A DNA stretch of 52,424 bases, counting the filler, from Bipalium vagum (lineage: Eukaryota), in the NCBI GenBank assembly GCA_037834085.1. It is 3 parts of 3 records of this genome, joined end to end, with 100 filler letters (N's around TTAATTAATTAA, not from the genome) between each part and the next. Parts side by side here need not be neighbours in the genome. Positions count along the whole stretch, not along the records: positions 1 to 17,071 come from JBBMKC010080050.1; positions 17,172 to 34,728 come from JBBMKC010061227.1; 1 more part is not named here. One strand, 5' to 3'. The stretch's first letter is position 1. Each line of letters begins with the position of its first letter. Below are positions 13,240 to 25,139 of this stretch, piece after piece. Both the position numbers and the translations under genes were made by a program. Below the pieces are notes generated by a model. That model was not told the origin of the DNA, did not search any database, and saw only the letters and a program-made list of their open reading frames with translations.

Positions 13240-13869
13240 ATGGCAAGCGAAAATAATAATAATCTAAAAAAGATAGCAAACCCAGAATTTAATATTGATG
13301 AATGGCAAGCTATAAATAAAAACTTACCTTTTGAAAATTGTCTTATTCCAGATAATTTATTTCACGATGATTTTAATCAGACAACCGAAATAGTAGATGG
13401 TAATTTGATTCATTATTTAAATTTTCATTATTAAAAAACATTTTGGTTCAGTTTTTCAATATAAGATTTCACCAGCAGATACAACTTCAAAAAATATTCG
13501 TAGTTGTTTAAATTTTATTTTAGAAACCGTTACAAATGATTCAGATAATTATAGAGTTAAGCTAACACTCTTACATCCTATAATTTATTCAAAACATGGT
13601 TCATTTCCTTTAACAATTAAAGATAATGTAATTAATTTATTATATTCCAAATTAGAAAATTTTTTAAAATCCGCTGAAGAAATAAATGTTGAAGACGTAA
13701 CTTTTGAATTTTTAATAATACCAATACTTCAAGGAAAGGGAAAAATTATATTAATTATAGTGTTAATAATTCTACAAATTTAATATTACAAGCTTTTGCA
13801 AAAAATTCTATTAATATAATTCAAAATAATGATACACTTTGTTTGGCTAGGGCAATAGTAACTTCTTTA
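13240..13869 (+). pseudogene. N-terminal region of Polinton-type protein-primed DNA polymerase B, frameshifted and truncated
   Basis: MASENNN... continues across two frameshifts to ...FLIIPILQGKG...KNSINIIQNNDTLCLARAIVTSL. IxNxDxLCLARAIV is characteristic of the N-terminal part of Polinton/adintovirus pPolB. Confidence 0.7.
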
Positions 13870-14584
13870 ACTTCTTTTTTATATTTTTTAATTTCTATTT
13901 TTATAAATTTATTAGATTCTAAATTTTCCAATCTTTTATTTTTAATAGTTAAGTTTGTATAGTTCTTTTGTAAATAATTATATTCGGCTTGATAATTATT
14001 TAATTTTTCTTGCATAATTTTATAATATTTGCCAATATCTTTTTTATTCTTTTCTTCGCTCTCTTTTATAATCAGAATTTCTGTGTTTAGTTTTTTTATT
14101 TTATCAAAATTTTTATCGTGAATATCACAGACAATTTTTTCTTATTTTTGATTTTGATTTTTTAAATTAGTAATTTTTGTATTCTGATTTTCCCAACATT
14201 TTTTATAATGATTTGTTTCATTTTTTATTTCTCTTATTTTTTCAAATAATTCTTTTTTTTCATTATTTAATATCAAATTTTTTTCATTTTTTTCAAAAAA
14301 TATTTTGTTTTTTTTGATCCGGCTTTTTAAAATAAATCTTCTTTCATCTCATTCTTCTTCTTCTTCTTATCCTCATCCTCGTCCTCGTTTTTATCCTTCT
14401 TCATATCACCCTTTGGAGAATCTTTCAACTCATTCTTCATCTCATCCTCATCCTTCCTCATCTCATCTTTTGGAGGAGTAGGAAGAAGAGAGTTATTTAA
14501 ATGCACTTGAGTTTTTTCATGTCTAGCTTAATTTGATTTTAAAATATATTTTTGATAGTATTCACAATAATAATTATCACGCAT
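13870..14584 (-). pseudogene. viral accessory ORF: degenerate C2H2-like Zn finger, D/E/K low-complexity tract, coiled coil
   Basis: MRDNYYCEYYQKYILKSN*ARHEKTQVHLNN..., then KDEDEMKNE/EDEDEDKKKKK, then heptad-like MQEKLNNYQAEYNYLQKNYTNLTIKNKRLENLE. Confidence 0.55.
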
Positions 14585-14613
14585 TTTTTAATAAAAAAAA
14601 ATAAAAAATGTAA

Positions 14614-14775
14614 CCCATCTAACAACTCTACAATTTAAAAAATATTTCGTAGTATACCTATATATAAAAAAAATATTTGTTTTAAAGATAAAATAATTGG
14701 GGACATTACATATCCCCAACTACAACTCCACAATTTAAAAAATATTTCTTAGTATACCTATACGAAAATAAATTT
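14614..14775. repeat. two-copy direct repeat (about 100-bp spacing) upstream of the Zn-finger ORF
   Basis: acaactctacaatttaaaaaatatttcgtagtatacctata versus acaactccacaatttaaaaaatatttcttagtatacctata. Confidence 0.85.
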
Positions 14776-14995
14776 TTTTTAAAAATGAAAAACAAAAAAA
14801 AATTATAAAAATTTAAAAAATATAAAATTTATAAAAAATTAAAAAAATAAATATATAAAAATTATAAAAATATATTATTTATAAAAATTAAAAAATATAT
14901 TGTTAAAAAATGTTATAAAAATTTAATAATTAATATATAATTTATTAATATTAAAAATTTATAAAAATATAAAACAGAAAAAAAATTCAATCAAT

Positions 14996-16126
14996 CTACT
15001 TCAAATTACTTTTAACTTTTGTTTCAATATTAAATATTTTTCCTGCTTTTAATTTTATTTCCTTAAATTTCTGTTGCAATAAAACAACATTTACTTTTCC
15101 TTTAAAATCTTTATCTTTTAAAATATGTAAAGTTATAACTGCTCCATTTAACAATAAATTTTCTGGTTGGTCTTTCAAATCAAAACAAAATATAGAATAT
15201 AATTTTTGAAATTCTAATAAAGATAATTGAGGATTGGAAGCTTATTTGCAAGCTTTTATATAATTCGAATAAGTTCTATTATTTTTTCCTTTCTCAAATT
15301 GAACAGGGTTTAAAGGATAGTAAGAATTTTTTACTTGTATTCTTAAAGCTTTTATTTTATCTTGATTTTTGTAAATTCAAATTCGGATTCTCTAAATCCA
15401 ATAAAAATATAAATTGGTTTATTTGGAATATTATATAATTGTAAAGTTTGAGTTGTTCCTTCTGTTAAATTTCTTTCTTCACAATGTCTTGATAAAAAAT
15501 TTACACTTATATTTTTTCCATCATCAATTCTAGAAATTAATTTTAATTCACTCTCAGGATTTAATTGTAATTCTGGAATGAATAATTTTAAATCAAGTAA
15601 TTTTATTTTTCCATCTCCGTTTGTTCCATAAAATATTTCTTTATCAATATTTATTTTTCGTGTAAAAGTAAATCCTCCTTGCATATTATATATAACTCCA
15701 TTAAAAATTTGTAAAAATCCAAACTTTAATTTTAAAGGAAATTCATCAAAAAATTTTTTATTTGAATATAATTTTTTTCTTGTTTTAAATCCTTTGTTAT
15801 CTTTATTTGAATCTTCTTTAATTTTATCAGGAACCCAACAAAATTTTTTAATTTTAAAGTTGGATTAGAAAATAAATAAGGAAAAAAGTTTTTTTGTAAT
15901 GTAATGTTTTCACCTGCTTTTATATTTGTTATTTCAATTTCAAAATCTAAAATTGCTTTTGATAAAACCAAAGCATTTGCTATTTGTAAAAAACTAAAAG
16001 TTAAATTTCCATTTTTATTTAAATTTGTTGCTGTTGTTGGATTTAAACAAATTTCTAAATAATCACATTTTTTACTGTTAAATCTTAATGATATGTATTT
16101 TTATCTAAGTTCAAATTATTACTCAT
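14996..16126 (-). pseudogene. double-jelly-roll major capsid protein (hexon-like)
   Basis: About 375 codons across frameshifts and stops: MSNNLNLDK...DYLEICLNPTTATNLNKNGNLTFSF...ENITLQKNFFPYLFSN...KIKLLDLKLFIPELQLNPESELKL...NKPIYIFIGF...RIQVKNSYYP...SIFCFDLKDQPENL. Beta-rich pattern of Polinton/adintovirus MCPs, adjacent to the ATPase. Confidence 0.8.
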
Positions 16127-16165
16127 TTTTTAGAAATAAAATTGATTTTTAAAATATTTTTATTT

Positions 16166-16878
16166 TTAAAATATTTGTAAAGGAATATATAAAAATAATA
16201 ATAAATTCATATGAAAATTATACAAATAATCAAAATCATTTTTCTCTATAAAATGAGCTAACATTTTTGAATATATTTGATTTTTATCATTTTATGAAAT
16301 TTTAAATAAAATTAAAACATTTGTATTATATCTTATACTTCTTAAATGTAAATCAAAAAATGATTGATATAAATAAATTACAAAACATTTATTATGTCTT
16401 CCTCTTGTAAAATACATTTCCATAATAGTTTGATTTTTTCCATTTATTACATCATCAAACATAATTAAATATTTTTTTATTTTATCTAATTTATCAGGAG
16501 GTTGAATTTCATTTGATTTATCACTCAATGTAACTTTTATGGTTTTTCTTTAAATTCAAAATTTTTATTTTCATCAAATTTTTTCTTTTCTTTATTTTTA
16601 AACTTTTCATAAATCTCATTTTTTGATAATCCTAATTTAAAACAATTTTTTATATATTTGAATGCTGGTTGAAGAAAAGCAGTAAAAAAAATAAAAAATA
16701 ATCAAAAAATAATCAAATTTTGAAGAATTTGGAGTTAATAACATTTTATTTAATAATTCGGTTTTTCTGATCCTGAAGGATCAATAATTAACATTCTAAA
16801 TATTGTGGGTAAGTTTTTGTGATTATTAATTTGAATTGCTATATTATCCAAAAAATCTGAACCAGATTTATTATCCAT
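16166..16878 (-). pseudogene. A32/FtsK-HerA-like DNA packaging ATPase
   Basis: Degenerate Walker A FRMLIIDPSGS(G)K(T)ELL, Walker B YLIMFDD, arginine finger FTRGRH, sensor VIYLYQSFF, then IRYNTNVLILFK. Confidence 0.92.
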
Positions 16879-16909
16879 TTTTTAATATTTTTTTGTTAAT
16901 ACTTTTTAG

Positions 16910-17071
16910 TTATACCTGATTTAAGTGTATTGTAAAACAAATTTCTTCATTAAAATCTATTAATTTCTCTTTATCATAAATTATTTTAAATCTAATTTCA
17001 TTAATTTTTTTGTAATCAAAGGAAAATAAATTGGAAATTTTGGTCTTTCAATAATTCTATATCCTTTTCGA
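16910..17071 (-). pseudogene. minor capsid protein (penton) C-terminal part
   Basis: KGYRIIERPKFPIYFPLITKK/INEIRFKIIYDKEKLIDFNEEICFTIHLNQV* matches the penton C-terminal pattern GYxIxExP..IYxP...I..I.I.I.D....IDF..E....LHL. The 5' part is lost in the gap. Confidence 0.75.
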
Positions 17072-17171
17072 NNNNNNNNNNNNNNNNNNNNNNNNNNNNN
17101 NNNNNNNNNNNNNNNTTAATTAATTAANNNNNNNNNNNNNNNNNNNNNNNNNNNNNNNNNNNNNNNNNNNN
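17072..17171. other. assembly gap (100 bp, Ns with TTAATTAATTAA spacer)
   Basis: N runs with a central six-frame-stop linker, identical to the second gap. Confidence 0.98.
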
Positions 17172-19479
17172 AAAGTTAATATACTTATAATATTTCTATG
17201 TAAAGAAAATTTGTAAAAAACGCGAGTTATTATGACTCACCCTAATATTAAGTCATAAAAATATTTTCTTATTGATTGGTTAAAAATTTTATTTTAATTG
17301 AAAAATAAGAAAAAAATATTAATTAATTAATAAAACAAATAATTAAAATATTTATTTAGCTCTCGTGAGAATTTTATTTTAAGTAATTCTAAGGAGAGTG
17401 ATTAAAGTTCAAATGAAATATTTTATTCATTTGTTACTTATATCTGTGACCTCTTCCAGCTAATCGATTAAAAGACAGCCATTATTATTGTTTTACCAAA
17501 GTGCCTACATTACACAGTTACAGACCATATTGAAATATATTAAATAAATATTTAATTACTGAGACTTATTTGGATTAAAATTTAATTTAAAAATTAACAT
17601 TAATTTAAAATGACAATTTCTGATTTGTTCAAAAGGAATAACAGTTTCAGACCTCTCACTTTAAACTAATTAAATAAACATGTAACAATATTTTCTTTAT
17701 TGAAATTAGAACCGTTTGATTGCATTTTCTTTTTTTAACAAGAAACAAGTTTGCTTATTCCTGTCGAATAAAAAGCTGTATTTTTGGAGAATACAAATCC
17801 TAGGAAAAATAATTGATTTTATCAAAATAAAAGCTTCAAATTGATATATATAATATTCTTACTTATACAATATTTAATATATTAATATATTTAATATATT
17901 TATATTAATAATATTTATTATAATAAACTTTATACTTAATACAATTACTTATGTACAAAAAAGTTTTTTGTAAAAAATAAATAATATTCTTATTTATATT
18001 TATACACAATAAAAGTACTACAACATTATAAAACGGAGTTCAACAAAAAATTTTTAGATGCCTTACTTAGACTTGACCATCGTTAAAATCAAGTTTGAAG
18101 TGTGACTCACTGTCCATAAAATTAGCCATTTTCAGAATTCTATTTTAAATGTTCGCCTGCCTAAGTTTCTAACATTCCACATAAACTTTATTTTTCAAAT
18201 TAGCTTAATTGAACCACGAAAAAGACTTGTTAAATCAACTAAAATATTATGGATATCTCATTGTTAGTATACTGTCATGAGGAAATTATGAAGAAACAAT
18301 TTTACATAATTTTGAAGCTCTGTGGAATATCCCAAAATGATGAAATTTTTTAGACAATTCTTTTTTGTGATTTATTGTAAAAAGGTTTTTTGTCATATGG
18401 GATAATTAACCTATACTAATACAATTAGTATTACTAGTATTTTATTATTTATTATTTACACACCTACCAAAAAACAAAGAAAGAATTATAGAAAATAGAA
18501 ATTACCATAAATAAAAATTAATGAAAATAAAATAATGTTTCTAAAAATAGAATTTAGTTAAATAAAATTATGAGTTTCTAAAAATATAAATTATCTGTAT
18601 CTAAAAATAGAAATTAGAGAAAAATATATAAACAGTATATTATATCAGTATAAACCTGCAAAAAATAGTTGAAAGACGCACAATAAAATTGCACAAAAAA
18701 CACAAATAAAGTGTACAGAGAGATATTCAAGGAAAATCGCGAATGAAGCAAGATTCCCAAATACAAGACGCTGTGAACAACTAGCAAGTTCTATTTTCAC
18801 ACTTAGTAATCAATTTTCTGTTTAAGTTCTCTAAATTCTGTACGATTATCGTCACAACAGTTTGATTTCTTTTTAAATTATCTTTACCGATTGACTTGGT
18901 AATATTATTAACAAACTCTTATAAAAAAGTGCTCGAAGCTTTTTCGCGAATCAAATAACGTTTTATTTCTTCCTATTTCCTTCTTTTTATTTTTACAATT
19001 TATACAGCTAACTAGCTGGTAAATCGCTGAGGATAATATCCAAGATAATTGGGACGCAAATACACAGGAAATATTTAAAAACCAATGGTGGTCTGGTTTA
19101 AAAATCGAAATACAATCTGCTATCATAATGTGATTACGCTAAGCTTGTGTCAATAGATTATCTTTAACTTTGCGTAATCACATTAATTAAAAAATTATAA
19201 AAATCCTGATTTCAAATAAAATTTCATGAAAATCTGTGTTCTCTTCGTTATTATTTTGTTTTATTTTGACAATTGAGTTGCTGTTTAAGTTTTACATTGT
19301 GAAAATACAAGTTTACATTTTACTATCTAAATTTGAAAATTAAATAAATCCTTCTTATTTTTATTATTTGTTACCTAAGTCCAATTTTGATATTTTTAAT
19401 CCAATCTTTACACCAAATTTTAGGAACTTAATAGTTACAATGATATTAAACTTATAAACGATTCTTAAAAAATAACTAC

Positions 19480-19628
19480 CAATTAACCGCTCGCATCCAT
19501 TCATCAAACAAATAACTCGTCAAAAGAGGTTCAGGTAAAGATCGTAGATACTGCTTCAAGCAATCAGCAATCACAAAATGATCGTAATATTTGATAATCC
19601 TTTCAACTCTGAAAACATTAAAGGCGCT
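19480..19628 (-). CDS. BAR-RhoGAP (ARHGAP17/44/SH3BP1-like) exon, GAP core
   Basis: cag|SAFNVFRVERIIKYYDHFVIADCLKQYLRSLPEPLLTSYLFDEWMRAVN|gt, containing the LKxYLRxLPEPL signature; in phase with the preceding exon. Confidence 0.92.
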
Positions 19629-19702
19629 CTGAATAGAAATTATTATTTTAAACAATTTCAAAAAATTTATCAGACAAATTTTCAAAACAAGTTTTAACAT
19701 AC

Positions 19703-19750
19703 TGATAGTGTGTCAACTTTATTTTTTCCTCCAGCTATTCTAAACAGGCC
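19703..19750 (-). CDS. BAR-RhoGAP exon with the catalytic arginine finger
   Basis: ttttcag|GLFRIAGGKNKVDTLS|gtatgt; 48 nt, phase 0/0; followed by a 74-nt intron. Confidence 0.93.
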
Positions 19751-20519
19751 CTGAAAAAAATAAATAAATAAAATATTTAATAATTTATTAATATTTAATT
19801 TAAATCAATAAAGTATAAATATATTGATAACTTAGTAAAACAAAGATTTTATAAAATAGTGAAAGTTGCATGGTAGCTAAACATTTCTTGCTTTATGAAA
19901 GTAAAACAATAAAAATGGATTTTTGAATGTGTAAATGTGGATTTTCTTCAATATTCTCTACTTAAATTCCGAGGTTTCCAAATTATTAAGTGCATCGAAT
20001 TTTGAACTATACTAATATTACTAAATATCGCATATTACAAAAACATTAAGCTCATAAAAGTAAATAAATATCATTATTTATCTTTAATATTTTACAAAGA
20101 ATTTATTTACTGGATCAAAAATGAAAAGGTTACATTGATATGAAATCAGTGCATTAATAAATTTTTGACAAAATACTTGGTTATTAAAACTGAATGGATT
20201 CGATTTCGTTGGTTTGATTGAAACTTATTTTAAAATGGTGTGTAACCATTATATCTACCATATAACATTATTCGTATAGAAATTAAAATGAATAAAGTTA
20301 AATTTTTTGGTTTTGGATGGTGTCGCTTTGTCTTGGATGGTGGATTGTCTTTTTTATTTGATGGTATATCCATTCTAAACTTACTTAGCATTCCTCATAT
20401 GTTCTTAATATTTAATGAAAATCATCTTGTTTCTTTTATCACATAACTAGATTTTTATTCAGTCTTCTGTGTTTCTAATCCTTTTACGTGTGGTATTCAA
20501 AACTTCTTAAAAAGTTGTG

Positions 20520-22003
20520 GTCTAAGCGTGGTCAATCATCTCAAACAATACCAAAAACTGAAAGACATCAGAAGGTCATGTTGTCCATACGGAGGTATAT
20601 CTTGAATACTACAATCACTTCCGATGTTTACTGTCACTAACTCGACAAGTTAATGAAGCAGAAATATCCGGAATTTGTTAATCGTTGACTTTTGTTTTCC
20701 ACCAAAACTACACAAAACCTTTTTTTCTTTCTCAATTCTGAATTCTTAAAGAATAATTCTGGATAATATATTTTATCAAGAACATATTTTGGTGGAAAAA
20801 TTCTTAACAAAGGAGATCAGAATCAAAGAAAATTAATGGTTTGTGTTTGGTGGTATATAAAAGATATTATTCACTGGAAATGCCGGAACGCAATCGAATT
20901 GTCAATATTGACTTATACTGAGTGGCTGATGCAATTGCCAAAAAACGACCAGAATAGAAAAAACCAATGTCTCAGTATAATATTGCTCGATCGCACGTTT
21001 CCAGCACGTGGTGAAAAGCTTTTGCAATTGGGGTGGGAAGTCCTCCTACAACTAAATTATTATCCTGAACTGGCACCAACAGATTATCAAATATTCTGTC
21101 CCTTCCAGAACTATTTGAAAGTTGTATTTAGAGAGACATTTTGGCCAGTAATCTTTTATAACGAGGGCATCAAGGATCGACCCATTCATGTGATGTACAT
21201 GTATGTTTTCCAGCATAATAGTGATTACGCTAATAATTTATATATACCTTTCTTCTACACTGATTCATTGTGTTTTGTTATCAGTAGGGCAACCAAATGA
21301 ATTTTTTGCACTTTTTGCATTATTTATTAAAAATTATAAATGCAATTTTGTTTAAATATTACTAACAAACTCCTTGGTTTCCGCAGATATAATATATCAT
21401 AGAGTAAAATGTACCTGTTCTCATGAATCTTTATAAAGTGAGCTTATTGCCATAAAATATTCATACGGAATTCTCATAGAATTTATTTATTTTTTAGAGG
21501 ATTAAGATAAGTGGATAGCATTTAATTGGATCATCATAAAGAAAATGATTTTGATAAAAATCCAATAAATTTAAAGAAATATCTTAATTCAAGATTAGAA
21601 AATCAAAATGTCTCCAAGCGATTACTCCAATATCATGAAATGTACTTCAATTTCAATTCAAATCGAAAGAGTTTTTCAATGCTAAAAGCCATTCTTCGAT
21701 CTCAGAGATATTTTAAACCAGATAATTTCGAGAATTATTTTATTTCCTATTTTAACGAATTGATTAATACCGATACCTGTGCAGTTGAATAAAATCTTTT
21801 AATCCATATCTAATTTTTAATACAAATTTTTTCTAAATATGTTTTAAATATTTTGCAAAGTAACTACATCATTTTATTAACAGAATAATTTGCATTTTTG
21901 CATTATTCTTAAGGAATTTTGCACTTTTTTCGAAAATCTTTGCATTTTTTTTGATGCCCTAGTTATCAGTAAAAAGTGCAATTACCTTTTTTCCATCTCA
22001 ATA
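20520..22003 (+). mobile_element. decayed mariner (Mos1/Hsmar1-like) catalytic fragments with right TIR, interrupted by a hAT insertion
   Basis: TITSDVYCH*LDKL, KKLMVCVWWYIKDIIHW, LLQLGWEVLLQLNYYPELAPTDYQIFCPFQNYL. Positions 21970-22003 reverse-complement to TATTGAGATGGAAAAAAGGTAATTGCAC, a mariner-type TIR. Confidence 0.85.
21285..21961 (+). mobile_element. non-autonomous hAT element with 8-bp TSD
   Basis: Termini TAGGGCAACCAAA...TTTGATGCCCTA with a perfect TSD GTTATCAG (21277-21284 and 21962-21969). Internal RKSFSMLKAILRSQR resembles the hAT dimerisation ERSFSxLK motif. Confidence 0.9.
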
Positions 22004-22299
22004 TTTGTAATTAAATTTCTTCTTTATTTAATTAAAAAACAAGATATGAAAGGTTAAAATTCAACATAAACCAATCAAAATTAATATAAAAAGGTGATAT
22101 TTATATTTTAATAAAAGAATATTCGAATTCGAATATTTATAAAATTAATCTGCGATTTTTATTTATTATATTTATCAAAATAATTACCATTTTCTCTTAA
22201 AATCGATATTAAGGAGAAATAAATAATTTAAAAATAAACAAAATTATCAATCTAAAGTAATGTACTGAAATGAAGATTGGGCTCAGAAATAAAATTCAC

Positions 22300-22427
22300 C
22301 TCTTCACATAGGATTGAAGGATTATCTAAATGCCTGATACACACTTCAAGAGTATAGGCGATATGTCTTCCAGATGTTATCAAATGTTGATTTAGCTCTC
22401 TTCCAAAGACTGGAATGGGATTGTTTG
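22300..22427 (-). CDS. BAR-RhoGAP exon, start of GAP domain
   Basis: tag|(A)NNPIPVFGRELNQHLITSGRHIAYTLEVCIRHLDNPSILCEE|gtgaat, matching PxFGxxLxxHLxxSGRxIAxxxExC of the RICH family; phase 1 joins the upstream exon. Confidence 0.93.
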
Positions 22428-22968
22428 CTAAATTATGAAGAATCATATTAACAAATTTTTATTAACAAAATAATATCAACATAATGAGTTCTCTTCGCTT
22501 TTTGATTCTTATTGGATCGTAAATTAAAAGTTTGACTTCTATTGTTGTATTCCAATATTAGACACATGTATTGTGATTTGGATTTGATATTTGGTTTTAA
22601 TGTTTCAATGTCAACATTTCGTCTTTAAAATCTTTATTTTACATCAATGTAGAAAACTAATTTGAGATGGGTATGGAAGAAATTCATTAGACACTGTTTA
22701 TTGTACGAAATCAAAAATAATTTAAAGGCAAAGATCTTGAAGAAACTAAAATTCTGTCATGGATAAAGATGATTTTGAAAGTGGAGATTTTGATCAAATT
22801 GAAATTAGATGAAGTTCTTCATATTTGTATAACAAGACGAGGTTTTTCTTGAAGAAGTTCCAATTCCATAAAAATGATATCAGTTGTATATACCTCAGAC
22901 TACTATTACATTTCACCTCTATCAATTAACTAAAAGAAGGAAAGAGGATACGAAACACAAAATAAATA

Positions 22969-23064
22969 CTCTAGAGTTCCGTGTATAACGCGAAGCGTGT
23001 TTTTTATAAAAATATCGTTTTTTTTTCTTTGTATAACCCGCGCGTTATAAACGGAACTTTAGGG
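22969..23064. mobile_element. 96-bp palindromic MITE (Tc1/mariner-pogo type), TA TSD
   Basis: ta|ctctagagttccgtgtataacgcg ... cgcgttataaacggaactttaggg|ta. Confidence 0.8.
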
Positions 23065-25139
23065 TAATCAAAATACTTTCAAAACTTTAACGGCAATCAA
23101 AATTGAAGAAAATATATTGAAAATAATTGTGACATTAGATGAAAATGAGTATTAATAAAAAAAAGGTTACTAAAATTTATAAAAAAAGAAAATGTCTTGA
23201 GAGAAACCAGGACTACATAATCTTCAGATACAAATAACCTTTGCAATTTATTCAAAAAAAAAATTTGACTTATCACTACAAAAAGTTAAGTTTTTTGAAA
23301 GTGTATCAAAAATTATTTTTTAAATAAATGAAATTTTGAGAATATTCTTTTCGAATAATTTTCTGACAATTAAAACAAAAAATCTATAAAATATTTATTA
23401 TTGAAAATCAACGCACCAATATTCAATTAACAAATAAGCGTTGGTTAAATTTTTGTTCGGTATATTTTGTTCAAAGTTTTACAACACTTTAGGACTGAAA
23501 CACTTTGCATAAAGTTTATGTAAATTTACTGAAACATTACATGAAATGTTATATTCTAACTCGAAAACAGATAACATAATGTAATATATAAATAAATACA
23601 AAGTTATTTGTAAAAATATTTTATACCATCAAAAAAATTTCTAAATAAAAATCCAAAATTATTTTAAAGCATTTTTTTATAATTTTAAAAAAACATGAAT
23701 ATAAGATTTTTAATTTATATATTTATTTTAATTAAATTAGGCATTATAAAAATCTTCGTCTCATTGGATTTGATCGTTCCAATCGTAGATTGTATTTCTT
23801 CACTACCTCTGGTTGTGTTGGAGTTTTAAAATCATTTTAGTTTTCAAATATAATTTATTTCTTTAAATCGAAGTTATTTTTGTATTCATTGTTTAAAAGT
23901 TAAACATTTTCTAATATTTAAACAAATTTAACTTCATAAATCGTATTAAATGTTATTAAAAACATGAAAAAATCTAAATTTAAGTTATAATAGGTGATTT
24001 AATGTATTAAACGATATGGAATTAACAGATATTGTTTTCGTCAAAATCACCTATAAGAAAAAGGGTCCCGTTATTAATAACACAATATCCGCATTATCGT
24101 ATTAAGCGAAGTCCACCGGATAACTAAAACATCAAAGTTTATAATATCCATGAAAATTTGAAAGCGTCCATAATATCATGTAACAATTTTATATTTTTAT
24201 TATATAATTAAACCTTAATTAAAGAAAACTTTAATTAATTGAAAGAATTCTGTATCGTACTGTATATATATATAATTTTAAAAAAAAGAAATAAATGAGA
24301 AAGATATCTGAAATAATTAAAATAATTCACTTACAAGACAAGCAGTAAATTAATTTGCCTCAGCTTGCTGAAAAATCTTTAAAAAGATGATACTTCAATT
24401 TTCCAATATGTCTTCACTAAGTAGAATGAGCACAGAAAGTAATTATAGAGCGAAAAAAACTTTCCACGCAGTATTACAGTAATAAAATATAATATAATAT
24501 TTTTAAAAAATATTGTACTTTATTTTGTAAATACAGAAAATTAATTTTAGATCATAATGGAAGAAACTCAAAAGGATTTCTTTATTGCACGATACCAAAA
24601 ATAACAATGGTCTTGAAAAAAATTCATTTGGGTATTGAAATTTTCACTAAACGATGATTTGAATATAACTAAAAATAAATGAAGTTCTGCAATTTATATA
24701 ACAAGATGAACTTCTCTTGAAAAGGTTCTAAAGCTATAATATGGAATCAGTTATATATTAATGAAAGTAACCATATTCAAGATGAACACTCTTTGGAAGA
24801 CCAAATGAAACTATAATACAAAAAATAAATAAAAGAAAGAAAAAGTAAAACTATCGTTTAATATACTAATGCCTATTCACAAGTAATAAGTTTTAAAGGT
24901 TTGAAATGTATGAATGTTTGTCAAGCAATAAATCTGTCAATACTTTTTTTATTGATTTCACATTTCTTATGCAGTTTTTCTTGCGCTTCTATAATATCTC
25001 ATCCAATTAATGCCTTTTTTTGTTTTTGATCTATTTGATTGTTTTAGAACATAGATGAAAAAAATTTACTTCGAGAAGTTATTAGAAAAAAGAGGCCTCG
25101 GTGGTTCACTTCCTGTGCGGCAGAACCCTTGCCAATTTG

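Larger units (their letters stand above)
13024..17071. mobile_element. endogenous Polinton/Maverick/adintovirus-like viral element, decayed, truncated by assembly gap
   Basis: Compact intronless cluster of penton, packaging ATPase, major capsid, Zn-finger ORF and a convergent pPolB N-terminus (see individual features). Confidence 0.88.

Noticed and set aside
14614-14775. Repeat-spacer-repeat look (also the 6900-7500 modules) suggesting CRISPR
   Set aside because: Only two copies or non-identical units, no cas genes, eukaryotic context.
17072-17171. TTAATTAATTAA palindrome inside the N runs (also 34729-34828)
   Set aside because: Identical in both 100-bp gaps; an artificial scaffolding linker.
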